From an uncultured Trueperaceae bacterium (GTDB taxonomy: Bacteria; Deinococcota; Deinococci; Deinococcales; Trueperaceae): a DNA stretch of 64,000 nt. Position numbers and translations under genes: made by a program. This document shows, one piece after another, positions 35,448 through 45,103 of the stretch. Under the pieces are notes generated by a model, which was given only the letters and a program-made list of their open reading frames with translations, was not told the origin of the DNA and did no database searches. Within the stretch, counting starts at the first letter, position 1. Each line of letters begins with the position of its first letter. The stretch lies in NCBI GenBank assembly GCA_963815215.1, contig CAWFFU010000004.1:96001-160000 (forward strand). Direction: 5' to 3'.

Positions 35448-37475
35448 TCAGGCCCGGCGGGCCCGGCTCAGGCTCTCGCGGGCGGCCTCGACGACGTGCT
35501 CCGGGGTGAAGCCGTACTCCTTCATCAAGCGGCCACCCGGCGCTGACTGCCCGAAGCGGTCGATGCCCAGGATGACGCCGGCGTCGCCCGCGTAGCGTTC
35601 CCAGCCGAGCGAGGCGCCGGCCTCCACGGTGACGCGCGCACGCACCGAGCGCGGCATCACCGACTCGCGGTAGTCGGCGTCCTGGGCCTCGAACCACTCC
35701 CAGCTCGGGAGGCTGATGACGCGGGCGCGAACGCCCTGTTGTGCCAGCACGGTCTGCGCTTCGAGGCACAGGGACACCTCGGAGCCGGTGGCGATGAGGA
35801 GCGCGTCGGGCGTGCCGTCGCCGTCCTCGCGCGAGAGCACGTACCCGCCTCTGGCCACGCTGCCGTCGGGCACGTCGAGCGCGGGCACGTTCTGGCGGGT
35901 GAAGGCGAAGGCCACGGGGCCGGTGGGGTGCCGCATCGCCGCCGCCCAGGCCTGCGCCGTCTCGTTGGGATCGGCCGGGCGGACCAGCGTGAGGTTGGGG
36001 ATCGCGCGCAACGCCATGAGCTGGGCGATCGGCTGGTGGGTGGGGCCGTCGCCTCCGAGCGCGATGCTGTCGTGCGTGAACACGTAGAGCACGCGCTGTC
36101 CCATCAGTGCCGACAGCCTCAGAGCGGGGCGCAGGTAGTCGGAGAAGATCAGGAAGGTGGCCACGAACGGGCGCACCCCGCCGTGCAGGGCGAGCCCGTT
36201 GCCGATGGCGGCCATGGCGTGCTCGCGGATGCCGAAGTGGATGATGCGGCCGCCCATCGCGCGCGGCGCGATGGCGGCGGCGCCTTCGATGTCGGTGTAG
36301 TTGGAGCCGGCAAGATCGGCCGAGCCGCCGATCAGCTCGGGGACGCGCGGCGCCAGGCCGTTGATCGCCTTCTGCGAGGCCTTGCGGGTCGCCAGCTGCG
36401 TGCCCGGCTCGAAGGTCGGCAGGTCGGCGTCGAAGCCCTCCGGAAGGTCACCGGACAGGGTCCGCTCGAGTTCGGCGGCGAGGTCGGGGTGCGCCGCGCG
36501 GTAGCGCTCCATGAGCGCCTCCCACGCCTGCTCGGCGCGCTGCCCCTCCTCCCGGGCGGACCGGTAGTGCTCCGCGACGTCATCGGGAACGGTGAACGGA
36601 GCCCAGTCGATGGCGAGGTTGCGCTTGGCGGCCTCCGCTTCCTCGTCGCCCAGGACGGAGCCGTGCACGGCCGAGGTGCCCTGCTTGTGGGGAGCGCCGA
36701 AGCCGATGACGCTGCGCACGGCGATGAAGCTCGGGCGCAGCGCCTCGCGCCGGGCCTCGGCCACAGCGGCCTGCAAGGCTGCGACGTCGTTGGCATCGTC
36801 GACCGACTGCACGTGCCAGCCGTAGGCGCGGTAGCGCTCCTGGACGTCCTCGGTGAAGGTGATGTCGGTCGAGCCGTCGATGGAGATGCCGTTGTCGTCG
36901 TACAGCACGATCAGCTTGCCGAGCCCGAGGTGGCCGGCGAAGGACGACGCCTCCCCGGAGACGCCCTCCATGAGATCACCGTCGGAAGCGATCACGTAGG
37001 TGTGGTGGTCGATGACCTCGAAGCCGGGCCGGTTGAAGCGAGCGGCCAGGTGGGCCTCCGCAAGCGCCATGCCGACCGCGGTGCTGATGCCCTGCCCGAG
37101 CGGTCCGGTGGTCGTCTCGACGCCGGGGGTGTGGCCGTACTCCGGGTGTCCGGGCGTCTTGCTCCCCCATTGACGGTAGCGTTCGAGCTCGGCCATCGGC
37201 AGGTCGTAACCCGTCAGGTGCAGCAGGCTGTACTGGAGCATGGAGCCGTGACCCGCCGACTGCACGTAGCGGTCGCGGTCGGGCCAGGAGGGGTTGCTCG
37301 GGTTGTGCTTCATCACGTGGCGGTACAGCACGTAGCCGACCGGGGCCATGCCCATCGGCATGCCCGGGTGGCCGTCGCCCGCCGCCTGGGTGGCGTCGAT
37401 GACGAGCGCTCGGATGGCGTTGATCGCACGCTGCTGGAGCGTGTCGCTGCTGTCCTTGGTGGTGACGTCGGTCAT
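35448..37475 (-). CDS. tkt: Transketolase
   Basis: [41 protein letters not shown] and [14 protein letters not shown]. Confidence 0.97.
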   Translation of the reverse strand: MTDVTTKDSSDTLQQRAINAIRALVIDATQAAGDGHPGMPMGMAPVGYVLYRHVMKHNPSNPSWPDRDRYVQSAGHGSMLQYSLLHLTGYDLPMAELERYRQWGSKTPGHPEYGHTPGVETTTGPLGQGISTAVGMALAEAHLAARFNRPGFEVIDHHTYVIASDGDLMEGVSGEASSFAGHLGLGKLIVLYDDNGISIDGSTDITFTEDVQERYRAYGWHVQSVDDANDVAALQAAVAEARREALRPSFIAVRSVIGFGAPHKQGTSAVHGSVLGDEEAEAAKRNLAIDWAPFTVPDDVAEHYRSAREEGQRAEQAWEALMERYRAAHPDLAAELERTLSGDLPEGFDADLPTFEPGTQLATRKASQKAINGLAPRVPELIGGSADLAGSNYTDIEGAAAIAPRAMGGRIIHFGIREHAMAAIGNGLALHGGVRPFVATFLIFSDYLRPALRLSALMGQRVLYVFTHDSIALGGDGPTHQPIAQLMALRAIPNLTLVRPADPNETAQAWAAAMRHPTGPVAFAFTRQNVPALDVPDGSVARGGYVLSREDGDGTPDALLIATGSEVSLCLEAQTVLAQQGVRARVISLPSWEWFEAQDADYRESVMPRSVRARVTVEAGASLGWERYAGDAGVILGIDRFGQSAPGGRLMKEYGFTPEHVVEAARESLSRARRA

Positions 37476-37589
37476 GCTGCCTCCTCGTCGGGACGCGGGG
37501 CCAGACCGCTCCCGACCGACCCACCATAGCAGCGGCGGTCCGGGACGCAGGTCACGTCGTCCACGCGTTCCTGAGCGGTGGCGTGGTTC

Positions 37590-38093
37590 TCAGGCCGTGC
37601 CTTCCGCGGCGTCCCCCTTGCGCTCGCGTCGCCGCAGGATGTCCTGGCGGACGCGCTCGCCGGTCTCCCAGTGACGCTTCTCCAGCGCGGTCTCCACCCG
37701 GAGCTGTGGCACGGGGGTGGGCCGGCCGTCCTCGCCGATGGCCACGAAGTTGAGGTGGCCGATGGTACACAGCCGGCGCTCGCCGGTGATGGGGTTCTCA
37801 CCGTGCACCTCGCTGCGCACGATCATGCTGGTCCTCCCCGTCCAGGCGACGCGGCTCTTGAGCTCGACGATCTCGCCGACATAGATGGGGTTGCGGAAGT
37901 CGACCGGCTCGGTCGAAGCCGTCACCGATGCCTGACGGCAGAAACGCACGCAGGCGACGCTGGCGTTGATGTCCATCCACTGCAGCACCACTCCGCCGAA
38001 GAGGGTACCGAGCGGGTTGACCTGGTTCGGGAACACCGTGTCGACGGTGACCACCCAGTCGGACACACGGATCTCGCTGGGATCGATGGGCAC
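37590..38093 (-). CDS. Acyl-CoA thioesterase (hotdog fold)
   Basis: VFP...N..GTLFGG..L.WMD, VTAS, F..PI..G and GRTSM. Leaderless TATACT-6-GTG. Confidence 0.9.
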   Translation of the reverse strand: MPIDPSEIRVSDWVVTVDTVFPNQVNPLGTLFGGVVLQWMDINASVACVRFCRQASVTASTEPVDFRNPIYVGEIVELKSRVAWTGRTSMIVRSEVHGENPITGERRLCTIGHLNFVAIGEDGRPTPVPQLRVETALEKRHWETGERVRQDILRRRERKGDAAEGTA

Positions 38094-38098
38094 GGTTT

Positions 38099-38151
38099 CA
38101 GTATAGGGGGGCCAGTATAGGGGGGCCAGTACAGGGGGCCAGTACAGAGGC
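38099..38151. repeat. Four tandem 12-14 bp repeats containing the -10 box
   Basis: CAGTATAGGGGGGC twice, then CAGTACAGGGGGC and CAGTACAGAGGC. Confidence 0.85.
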
Positions 38152-38236
38152 GCGCGCCCCCGGCGTTCGCGTTGGCCCCTTGTATACTCGGCGGCGACGC
38201 GGGAGCACCACCCCCGCGGCTCGTGGAGGTCGAACC

Positions 38237-38824
38237 ATGGCAAGCCGAGCGCTCTCGACGACGCTCATCGAACGGATCCTTCCCGACCGGCGAGACCGCA
38301 GCGCCTTGCGGGCTGCGCTCCAGGTCGTGGTCGGCGTGGCCTTCCTGGCCGCGTTGGCGCAGGTGCGGCTCCAGCTCGGGCCGGTGCCCTTCACCGGCCA
38401 GACGCTCGGCGTGCTGCTCCTGGGCACCGCTTACGGCCTCGGCCTCGGCACGCTCACTACTGCGGCCTACGTGGCGCTGGGCGCGCTCGGCCTGCCGCTT
38501 TTCACCGGCTGGCAGGGGGGCCTCGCCCACCTGATGGGACCGACCGGCGGCTACCTGATCGGCTTCGTGCTGGCGTCGGCGCTGCTGGGCGGGCTGGCCC
38601 GACGCGGTTGGGATCGCAGCTACGGGCGTACGGTCGCGGCCATGCTGCTGGCCGAGCTCGCTATCTACCTGCCGGGGCTGCTGTGGTTGCACGGCGTGCT
38701 GGGCGGGAGCTGGGCGCAGACGCTGGCGTTGGGACTGGTGCCGTTCCTGATCGGGGACGCGATCAAGATGCTGCTGGCCGTCGGCCTGCTGCCGAGCGCC
38801 TGGCGGGCGCTGGGCGAGCGCTGA
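38237..38824 (+). CDS. bioY: Biotin transporter BioY (ECF S component)
   Basis: PVPFTGQT, Y...G..GLP.F, GPTGGYLIGF and PFL.GD..K. SD GGAGG. Confidence 0.92.
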   Translation: MASRALSTTLIERILPDRRDRSALRAALQVVVGVAFLAALAQVRLQLGPVPFTGQTLGVLLLGTAYGLGLGTLTTAAYVALGALGLPLFTGWQGGLAHLMGPTGGYLIGFVLASALLGGLARRGWDRSYGRTVAAMLLAELAIYLPGLLWLHGVLGGSWAQTLALGLVPFLIGDAIKMLLAVGLLPSAWRALGER

Positions 38825-38843
38825 GCGGGCGCTGAGCGGGGGG

Positions 38844-39728
38844 ATGGCGAAGCGCGACGCAGACCCCGATTCCGGGGCGCAGGCCGACGCGGGTGCCTCG
38901 ACCGATGCGGTCGACGAGGTGGCTGTGGCGCGAACGCAGCAGCGCGCGCGAACGCGCTTCGCGGCGTCGGCACAGGCGTACGTGACGAGCGTCTCGCACG
39001 CCAGGGGGGACGAGCTGCCGCGTCTGGTGGAGGCGGCTCGCTCGCGCCTGGGTGACCTTGCGGGGCGCCGCGCGCTCGACGTCGCCACCGGCGGCGGGCA
39101 CACGGCACGAACCCTGGCGGTGGCCGGCGCGCATGTCACCGTCTCCGACCTGACGCCCGAGATGCTGGCCGCAGCCGAGGCGCACCTGCGCGAGGCCGTG
39201 CCGGCCGCGGCGTTGACGTTCGTGGTGGCCGCAGCCGAAGCGCTGCCGTTCGACGACGGTGCGTTCGAGGTCGTGAGCTGCCGCATCGCGGCGCACCACT
39301 TCGGCGACCCGCGTGCCTTCCTGGCCGAGGCGCGGCGCGTGCTGGCGCCGGGCGGGGTGCTCCTGCTGGTGGACAACGTGGCGCCGGAGAACCCGCGGCT
39401 GGGCGAGGCGATGAACGAGGTCGAGCGCCTGCGCGACCCGAGCCACGTCGAGGCCTACCGGGTGTCCACCTGGACGGGTTGGCTGGGGGAGGCGGGGTTG
39501 GAGCCGTACCTGCTCGAGCGCTTCTGGCGCGTCAAGCCGCTGGCCTCGTGGCTGCGGCGGGCCGACACCTCACCGGAGAGCGAGACGGCGCTGCGGGCGT
39601 TGCTCGAGGGTGCCGACGAGGCGGTGCGGCGCTACCTGATCGCGCCGGACGCCGGGGCGGGCAGGGCGTCCGAGCCCGAGCTCCGGCACGAGGTCATGCT
39701 GCTGGCCGCGTCCGCGGGACCGGCCTGA
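38844..39728 (+). CDS. Class I SAM-dependent methyltransferase
   Basis: YVTS..HA.G, LDVATGGGH, AEALPF.D..F, RIAAHHF and RDPSH. Confidence 0.9.
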   Translation: MAKRDADPDSGAQADAGASTDAVDEVAVARTQQRARTRFAASAQAYVTSVSHARGDELPRLVEAARSRLGDLAGRRALDVATGGGHTARTLAVAGAHVTVSDLTPEMLAAAEAHLREAVPAAALTFVVAAAEALPFDDGAFEVVSCRIAAHHFGDPRAFLAEARRVLAPGGVLLLVDNVAPENPRLGEAMNEVERLRDPSHVEAYRVSTWTGWLGEAGLEPYLLERFWRVKPLASWLRRADTSPESETALRALLEGADEAVRRYLIAPDAGAGRASEPELRHEVMLLAASAGPA

Positions 39729-39829
39729 GCCGACGTCGCCGCGACGGCGCGCTGTGTCCGGGCGTACCGAACGACGGAAACGCGCCCCCCAGCCTGAGCC
39801 GGGGAGCGCGCCGGTAACCCGCCAGAATC

Positions 39830-39946
39830 TCGAGGGAACCCTGAGGTTCCTTCTGAACTCAAGAAGGCGGTCCTGAGTTACCCTCGACGGGTACCTCCAC
39901 TGGTCTCTTTACTCGTATGTATTAGGACCACCTCCTTTCCGTGGTG
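39830..39946 (-). ncRNA. Candidate structured small RNA / micro-ORF transcript
   Basis: TTTAAA-17-TATATT promoter. AAAGGAGGTGGTCCT is complementary to the downstream AGGACCGCCTTCTT. Two 3' hairpins. No long ORF. Confidence 0.45.
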
Positions 39947-39970
39947 CGTCCAATATACTCCTGGCTCGAA

Positions 39971-40020
39971 GCAATTTAAAGCGGTGTTGCTGCAATTTAA
40001 CGTGGTGTTGGGAGCAATTA
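39971..40020. promoter_or_regulatory. Three direct repeats with 21-22 bp period (probable regulator sites)
   Basis: GCAATTTAAAGCGGTGTTGCT / GCAATTTAACGTGGTGTTGGGA / GCAATTA. Confidence 0.55.
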
Positions 40021-40130
40021 GACAGGGATCTAGAGATTAGGGGTGCTCGGGTTCTGGACTTCCCAGACGCTGAGGGTCGTGCGTTCGCCCTGGTTGTGGT
40101 TGCTGGATGTCGCTTCAGGTCCAAGGAGGT

Positions 40131-40155
40131 CAGGTTCGAGTCCTGCGCGTCCCAC
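40131..40155 (+). other. tRNA 3'-end-like fragment (T-arm + acceptor strand), possible att remnant
   Basis: CAGG-TTCGAGT-CCTG-C-GCGTCCC-AC. No intact D-arm or anticodon arm upstream. Confidence 0.45.
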
Positions 40156-40457
40156 TTCAGCTTGGCGGAGCATCCTTGAGGGCACGGTCTAGGACTTGCG
40201 CATTGCGCGTCGAGCGCGACATGACGTCTTCGGATCGCTCGACAGGGCGCGGGTGACTGCGTCCTTCATTAGGTCTAGAACTCGCTCGTGAACCGTCCTG
40301 AGTTCTGTGGACGCCTTCATGTTTCGCAAGCTGCCCAAGCACGTCCAACCGAGATCCGGGCCGTACCGTCGGGTGCGGCCCCCTTGGTTGCCGGAGTGGT
40401 GTGCCGGAGGTGGGTCCTAGGGATCGAGTCTGCCCCGCGCGGGGCGATCGGGGAGCG

Positions 40458-41561
40458 TCACTGGTAGTACGTGATGGTTCGGGTCGTGACGGAGCCGTAG
40501 TCGCTGCTGAGCTCGTGATGGACCGGGTCCTGCAGTTGGCACGTGCGGGTCTGCCAGTTGCCGTACGTGTCGCGATCGCCGTAGGTGCAGCGTTGGGTGG
40601 GGGTGCCGTTGCTGTCGAACTGCGTGCTGCGAAGCGGCTGGTAGACGTTGTAGCTGAAGGTCGTCCGTTGGCCCAAGGTAGCGCTTCCCGGAAGGTAGCT
40701 ACGGGTGGAGGTCTCGCGTCCGTCGCGATCGTAGTGGGTAACCGAGCTCAGGATGCCATCGCGGAGAGTGGTCACGGACTCGGGGGTGCCGCCCGGGTAG
40801 TAGGCGTGCAGCTCGACGATGTGGGAGGTGCCGTAGTAGGCGGGATGGGCTTCGCCGGGCACGGGCCAGTTGCCGTTGGCGGGCTGAAGGTAGTCCATGC
40901 GGAGCAGAAGCGGCGGGTGGCCCGGGCGGTCGTGGCTGTAGGCGAAGGTCTGGGTCCGTTCGCCGTCCCTGCCCGGGTAGGTGACGTGACGCTGGGTGAG
41001 CAGGCCATGGTCATCGTAGGTGAGGGTGGCGATCGCGCGAGGTCGCGACGGCTGGCGGTGCGGATCGTACCAGCCTGGAAAGCGTTCGACGCGTAGCGGT
41101 TTGCCCTCGTCGTCGAGGGTCGTGATGTCGTAGTACGAGGGTGGGCTGCCGCCGGCGTTGTCGAACTCGAGCAGCCGGTGGTGGGCGTCGAGCTTCTTGA
41201 TGGTGACGCCGGTCTCGTAGGACGCCAGGCGGTGCGTGTAACCGAGGTAGATCCCATGGTCGTAGTGGTAGGTGTATGCCACGACTTCGTTGCCGTCGCG
41301 GTCGCGGTACGTGACCTGCGTGAGCCGACCTCCTGCATCGAAGTGGAGGGTGAAGAGCTGGACGTGGCGGCTGGAGTCCATCCCCTGGGTAGTCAGCGTC
41401 TTGACGGGGCCTAGGAGGGCGACGTCGGTGGTGGTGAGGGCAGAACGTTGGTCGAAGGCCAGCGCGCCCTGCCAGGCCAGCGGATCCGTGATCCCGTGCT
41501 GCGCCGCCGCATAGGCGAGCACCAGCGCGCCAGCGAAGGGAAGGAGACGGAACATGGACAT
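40458..41561 (-). CDS. Secreted YD/RHS-like repeat protein
   Basis: Signal peptide, LLGPVKTL, and repeated FD..GR, YD..G.L, YDRDGR and DTYGNW. Ends TRTITYY. Confidence 0.7.
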   Translation of the reverse strand: MSMFRLLPFAGALVLAYAAAQHGITDPLAWQGALAFDQRSALTTTDVALLGPVKTLTTQGMDSSRHVQLFTLHFDAGGRLTQVTYRDRDGNEVVAYTYHYDHGIYLGYTHRLASYETGVTIKKLDAHHRLLEFDNAGGSPPSYYDITTLDDEGKPLRVERFPGWYDPHRQPSRPRAIATLTYDDHGLLTQRHVTYPGRDGERTQTFAYSHDRPGHPPLLLRMDYLQPANGNWPVPGEAHPAYYGTSHIVELHAYYPGGTPESVTTLRDGILSSVTHYDRDGRETSTRSYLPGSATLGQRTTFSYNVYQPLRSTQFDSNGTPTQRCTYGDRDTYGNWQTRTCQLQDPVHHELSSDYGSVTTRTITYYQ

Positions 41562-41628
41562 GATGGCCTTTCGGTGGGTGGCGCCCCGGCAGGAGCGCCA
41601 CCCACATGCGGTGACGAAGTGGGCTCCG

Positions 41629-43341
41629 CTACTGACAGACTAGACCGATGGTGTTGAAGGTGATCGTCTCGGCCGCCTGAGGGTCTGAGTTGCTTGTCGC
41701 CAGGACGGTAGTCGTGGCATGGGTCTGGGTCTCGCCGCTGTTGTAGCAGGGTAGTGTCGGTGCCGTGAAGTGCACGATGTCCACGGTTGGCGCCGACCAA
41801 GCGGTTCCGTTGGGTATGTGTTCGCGCGTCGATGAAAGCGCGCCTTGCCCGGAGGTCACTTCAAGGGTGGCTCCTTGCCCGCTGAAGTCGTTGCTGGTGA
41901 TGCTGATGTCCTTTGTCTGCCCCGGGCCGACAGAGTAAGAGTACTCCAGGTTCCCCACGCTGCAGCCTCCGGCATCGCCCTCGCACGCCAACAAGGTCAA
42001 GGTGTTCAGGTGGCTGTCGATGTCGTACGTGACGTCGGGTTGAGCGATGCTGTGGACGCGCAGGGTGAAAGGGGCGCCGTCCGCGTAGCCCGCCGTGGGC
42101 GCAGTGTAGTAGGTTGCTGGCTCGCCGCCTGGCCCCTGCCCGATGCTGATGGTTCCGGGTCCTGTGGCGATCGCCCACCCCACGCTTTCATCGAGGGTCG
42201 AGTCGTACACGTTGGTCACGCGCCCATCGAGCAGCAGCGTCTGGCCCGGATTCACAACAGATGCGGACCCCGACACCGGTTGTCCGTCCACGTAGGTTGT
42301 GGCGTTTCCACTGACCTCCAATTGGTAGCAGAGCACGGTGATGGGCACGGGCCCGAGCGGGCTGTCCGGATCATCACTCGTGATCGTCACCGTCCCACTC
42401 GTGTCCCAATCCACCGCGCTTGGACAGGTACCCGCCAGGGGAATCTCGGTACCTCGGCCTGGGTCTACGGCTCCGGACGTCGGGGCGTTCGTGCTGAGCC
42501 CTACGGCGCCTCCGTTGACGGACACCTCGTAGTGCAGCGTCGCGTCGCCGTTGTTCTCGAGCCCGAGCATGGTGCTGAAGGGCCGTCCCATGTTGCTGAC
42601 GGCATTGCGTTGGTAGTAGATGGCTGCATGCGGACCACAGTGCACGCCGAAGTAGGACGGCGGAAGGTCCGGAATCCCCATCGGGAAGATGGGCACATCA
42701 TTGCACGGCGGCGGCGTGTGCACGTCGGGCCGCAGAATGTCGATGGTCACCGCCGCTGCTCCATCTGGGTTGTCCGCCGCTGAGCTGCCGTCCTCGATGC
42801 TGCCACCGGAATCGAGCCAGTACGCATCACCGGGATACAGCTTGGGGCAGAGCACTTGGAAGGCGTACGACAGGCTGTCGGTGCGAGGATCATCGAAGAT
42901 GTTGATCGGGGTTGCGGAGCCCTGGTTCGCGCCGGCCTTCAGGTTGTTGATGAGAGAGTAGGGGAGCTTGGTGCCGACAGTGGGGTCGGTATCGTTCTTG
43001 CCGAGATTGAACTGAACGGACAGAACGTTGTCGCTCGAGTTCTGCGCGAAGCCGACCACGTGCCCGCTGCCATCAACACCGCCAAGAGAGATGCTAGACC
43101 GGTAGAGTTGGGGGTCCGGCGTGTAGTTCGGGTCGGCCGCGGCGTGGCTGCCGTCGGTGATGGCGGTGGCGAAGCCGATCACGTGGGGTGCGGGGGTGTC
43201 GCTGAGAGCGAGGACGATGGCGTCGCTGCCTTCCAGGATCCGTAGGTGGGTCTCGGGTGTGGGTGGGTTGGGCCAACCCTCGAAGAATCCCTGGAGCTGG
43301 TCCGGTCGGATGTGAGCGGCGGAGTGACGGTAGGTGACCAT
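41629..43341 (-). pseudogene. In-frame chimera: N-terminal half of a GNAT acetyltransferase fused to the C-terminal part of an Ig-like-domain surface protein
   Basis: SD GAGGAG, then MVTY...GFFEGWPNPP.PETHLRIL.GS...VIGF.TAITDG. The GNAT stops before its acetyl-CoA motif. A Thr/Ser/Gly/Asp-rich Ig-like region follows (ENNGDATL.Y.V, GTVTITSDDPD). Confidence 0.65.
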
Positions 43342-43377
43342 GGTGGCTCCTCTCGTTCGGTTCGGCCATAATGCCGC

Positions 43378-44088
43378 ATGATCGAGGACCGATGGGGGGA
43401 TCAGGATGGGGTTCAGCTTCACTACGTCATCCAGCGGGGGGCCGCGGACCGGGTGCCTCTCGTGTACGTGCCGGGCAGCCTTGGAAGGGCGGAGGAGTTC
43501 CGGGCGGAGATGGGGCGTCTGGCTCCGCGCGCCACGCTCGCAGTGGACAAGCGGGGTGTGTTCGAGGGGGAAGATGCTCCGCAGCGCGGGTACGCGTTCG
43601 AGGATCGGGTCGCCGATCTCGAGGCCGTCCTTGCCGGCGCGGGCCTGGGCCCGGCATGCCTGATGGCGTTCTCGTTGGGGGTTCCGGTCGCCATCAGGTT
43701 TGCCGTGCGTCATCCGGATGAGGTGCGTGGATTGATCCTGCTGGACTACCCCGCTCGCTACCAGGCTAGAGACGATGCCTGGCTCGAGCGGGCGCTGCCG
43801 TTCGCCCGCGAGCGGGGGATCCCGGAGCGGGTGGTCCGCGCCATCTATCGCGAGTCCGCGCCAGTTGAGTTGTGGAGTGAGTTAGGAACCTTGAGCTGTC
43901 CCGTGCTGTTGGTGGTGGGCGGCAAGAGCCGGAGCGTGTCGGGCGCGGACCTCGAGCGCTACCGGGACGCGCTCCCGGACCTCCGGGTCGAGGTCTTCGA
44001 GGACGCCGGCCACGAGGTGTTCCGGCCGGACTACGAGCGCTTCATGCGGCTGGTCGAGGGGTTCCTTGCGGAGCTGGACGCGCTCTGA
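43378..44088 (+). CDS. Alpha/beta fold hydrolase
   Basis: VYVPG, VDKRG, nucleophile elbow AFSLG, VRGLILLD, PVLLV.G..S and DAGH. Leaderless CATAAT-5-ATG. Confidence 0.85.
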   Translation: MIEDRWGDQDGVQLHYVIQRGAADRVPLVYVPGSLGRAEEFRAEMGRLAPRATLAVDKRGVFEGEDAPQRGYAFEDRVADLEAVLAGAGLGPACLMAFSLGVPVAIRFAVRHPDEVRGLILLDYPARYQARDDAWLERALPFARERGIPERVVRAIYRESAPVELWSELGTLSCPVLLVVGGKSRSVSGADLERYRDALPDLRVEVFEDAGHEVFRPDYERFMRLVEGFLAELDAL

Positions 44089-44142
44089 GGGGCAGCCCGG
44101 CTTCACGGTCACGGCCGCCCGATCTCCTATGCTGGCTTGACC

Positions 44143-44853
44143 ATGGCTGATGGAGGTCGCGAGGACTGGGGCTTGCCCGACTATTGGCTTCCCCGACCCG
44201 GGACAAACGGCGCGGGTAAGCTGCGGGTCGCGCTTCGTAACGTCTTGGACGCGTACGTCCTGAACGGGACGGGTGGCTGGGTCCCGACACCGCTGCCGCG
44301 CCCTGCCTGGGTCTTCCTGACGTGGCTGGGTGAGGAGATGGGCCTGATGCTCCATGGGAGCGGTCATCCGGCGATCGAGTCGTTCACTCCCAGGGCGCCG
44401 AACGACAGGTCCCCGGATGCGTTCAGCAAGCAGCGTGCCGTCTTCGCGACCACCGACGGCATCTTCGCGATCTTCTACGCCATCCTCGACCGGAGGACGA
44501 AAGGGTTCAGCTTCCTCGACGCCGCCCTGCAGTTCGCGGACGCCAACGGCGGCTGGTCGCCGACGCACTACTACTTCTCCGTCTCGCAAGACGCTCCGCC
44601 AGCTCCCTGGCGGCCCGGCGCCGTGTACATCCTTCCGGCGGAGGGCTTCCGGCAGCAGCCGGCCTACCGCGTCGGCGACCGCATGGTGCTCGACCCGCAC
44701 TTCGCGCGCCAGGCGCCAGTGCGTCCCCTTGCGAAGCTGCGTGTGGAGCCCACGGACTTCCCGTTCCTCGGCCGCGTCGCGCGGCATGATCGCGAGCTCG
44801 TCGACGCAAGGTCCGTCGAAGAGCCGGTGGCCTTCCCCTGGCGTGAGCCCTGA
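44143..44853 (+). CDS. Hypothetical protein, possible ADP-ribosyltransferase (Arr-like) fold
   Basis: LHGS, AVFATT..I.A.FYA, GAVYILP.EGF and PVRPL. Confidence 0.55.
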   Translation: MADGGREDWGLPDYWLPRPGTNGAGKLRVALRNVLDAYVLNGTGGWVPTPLPRPAWVFLTWLGEEMGLMLHGSGHPAIESFTPRAPNDRSPDAFSKQRAVFATTDGIFAIFYAILDRRTKGFSFLDAALQFADANGGWSPTHYYFSVSQDAPPAPWRPGAVYILPAEGFRQQPAYRVGDRMVLDPHFARQAPVRPLAKLRVEPTDFPFLGRVARHDRELVDARSVEEPVAFPWREP

Positions 44854-44932
44854 TGACGATGGCTCCAGCGCGCGACAGCGCTGCGCGGATGGTGGCCGAA
44901 GCCTTGCCTACCACTGCTCCGAACTGTCGTGT

Positions 44933-45049
44933 CTACCTGATTGGCCGGCGTACACGGTGGGCACCAGGGCGACGATGATCTTGGACGACGTCAACCGCGT
45001 TGCCGACGATCCTGACGGGGCGTTGATGAAGGCAGCCGGCGCCCTCTGA
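44933..45049 (+). pseudogene. C-terminal remnant of a type-B carboxylesterase
   Basis: LPDWPAYT..TRATMILD....V.DDP, the typical COesterase C-terminus, with no upstream body. Confidence 0.6.
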
Positions 45050-45103
45050 GTCGGACCATGCAGCGCCGGGTTGCGGAGGCGCGGCCAGCGCTCATGACAA
45101 CGA

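Noticed and set aside
39924..39940. 16S rRNA gene fragment (GGACCACCTCCTTTC)
   Set aside because: Only about 15 nt match and there is no flanking rRNA sequence. It is better read as an extended SD on the minus strand.
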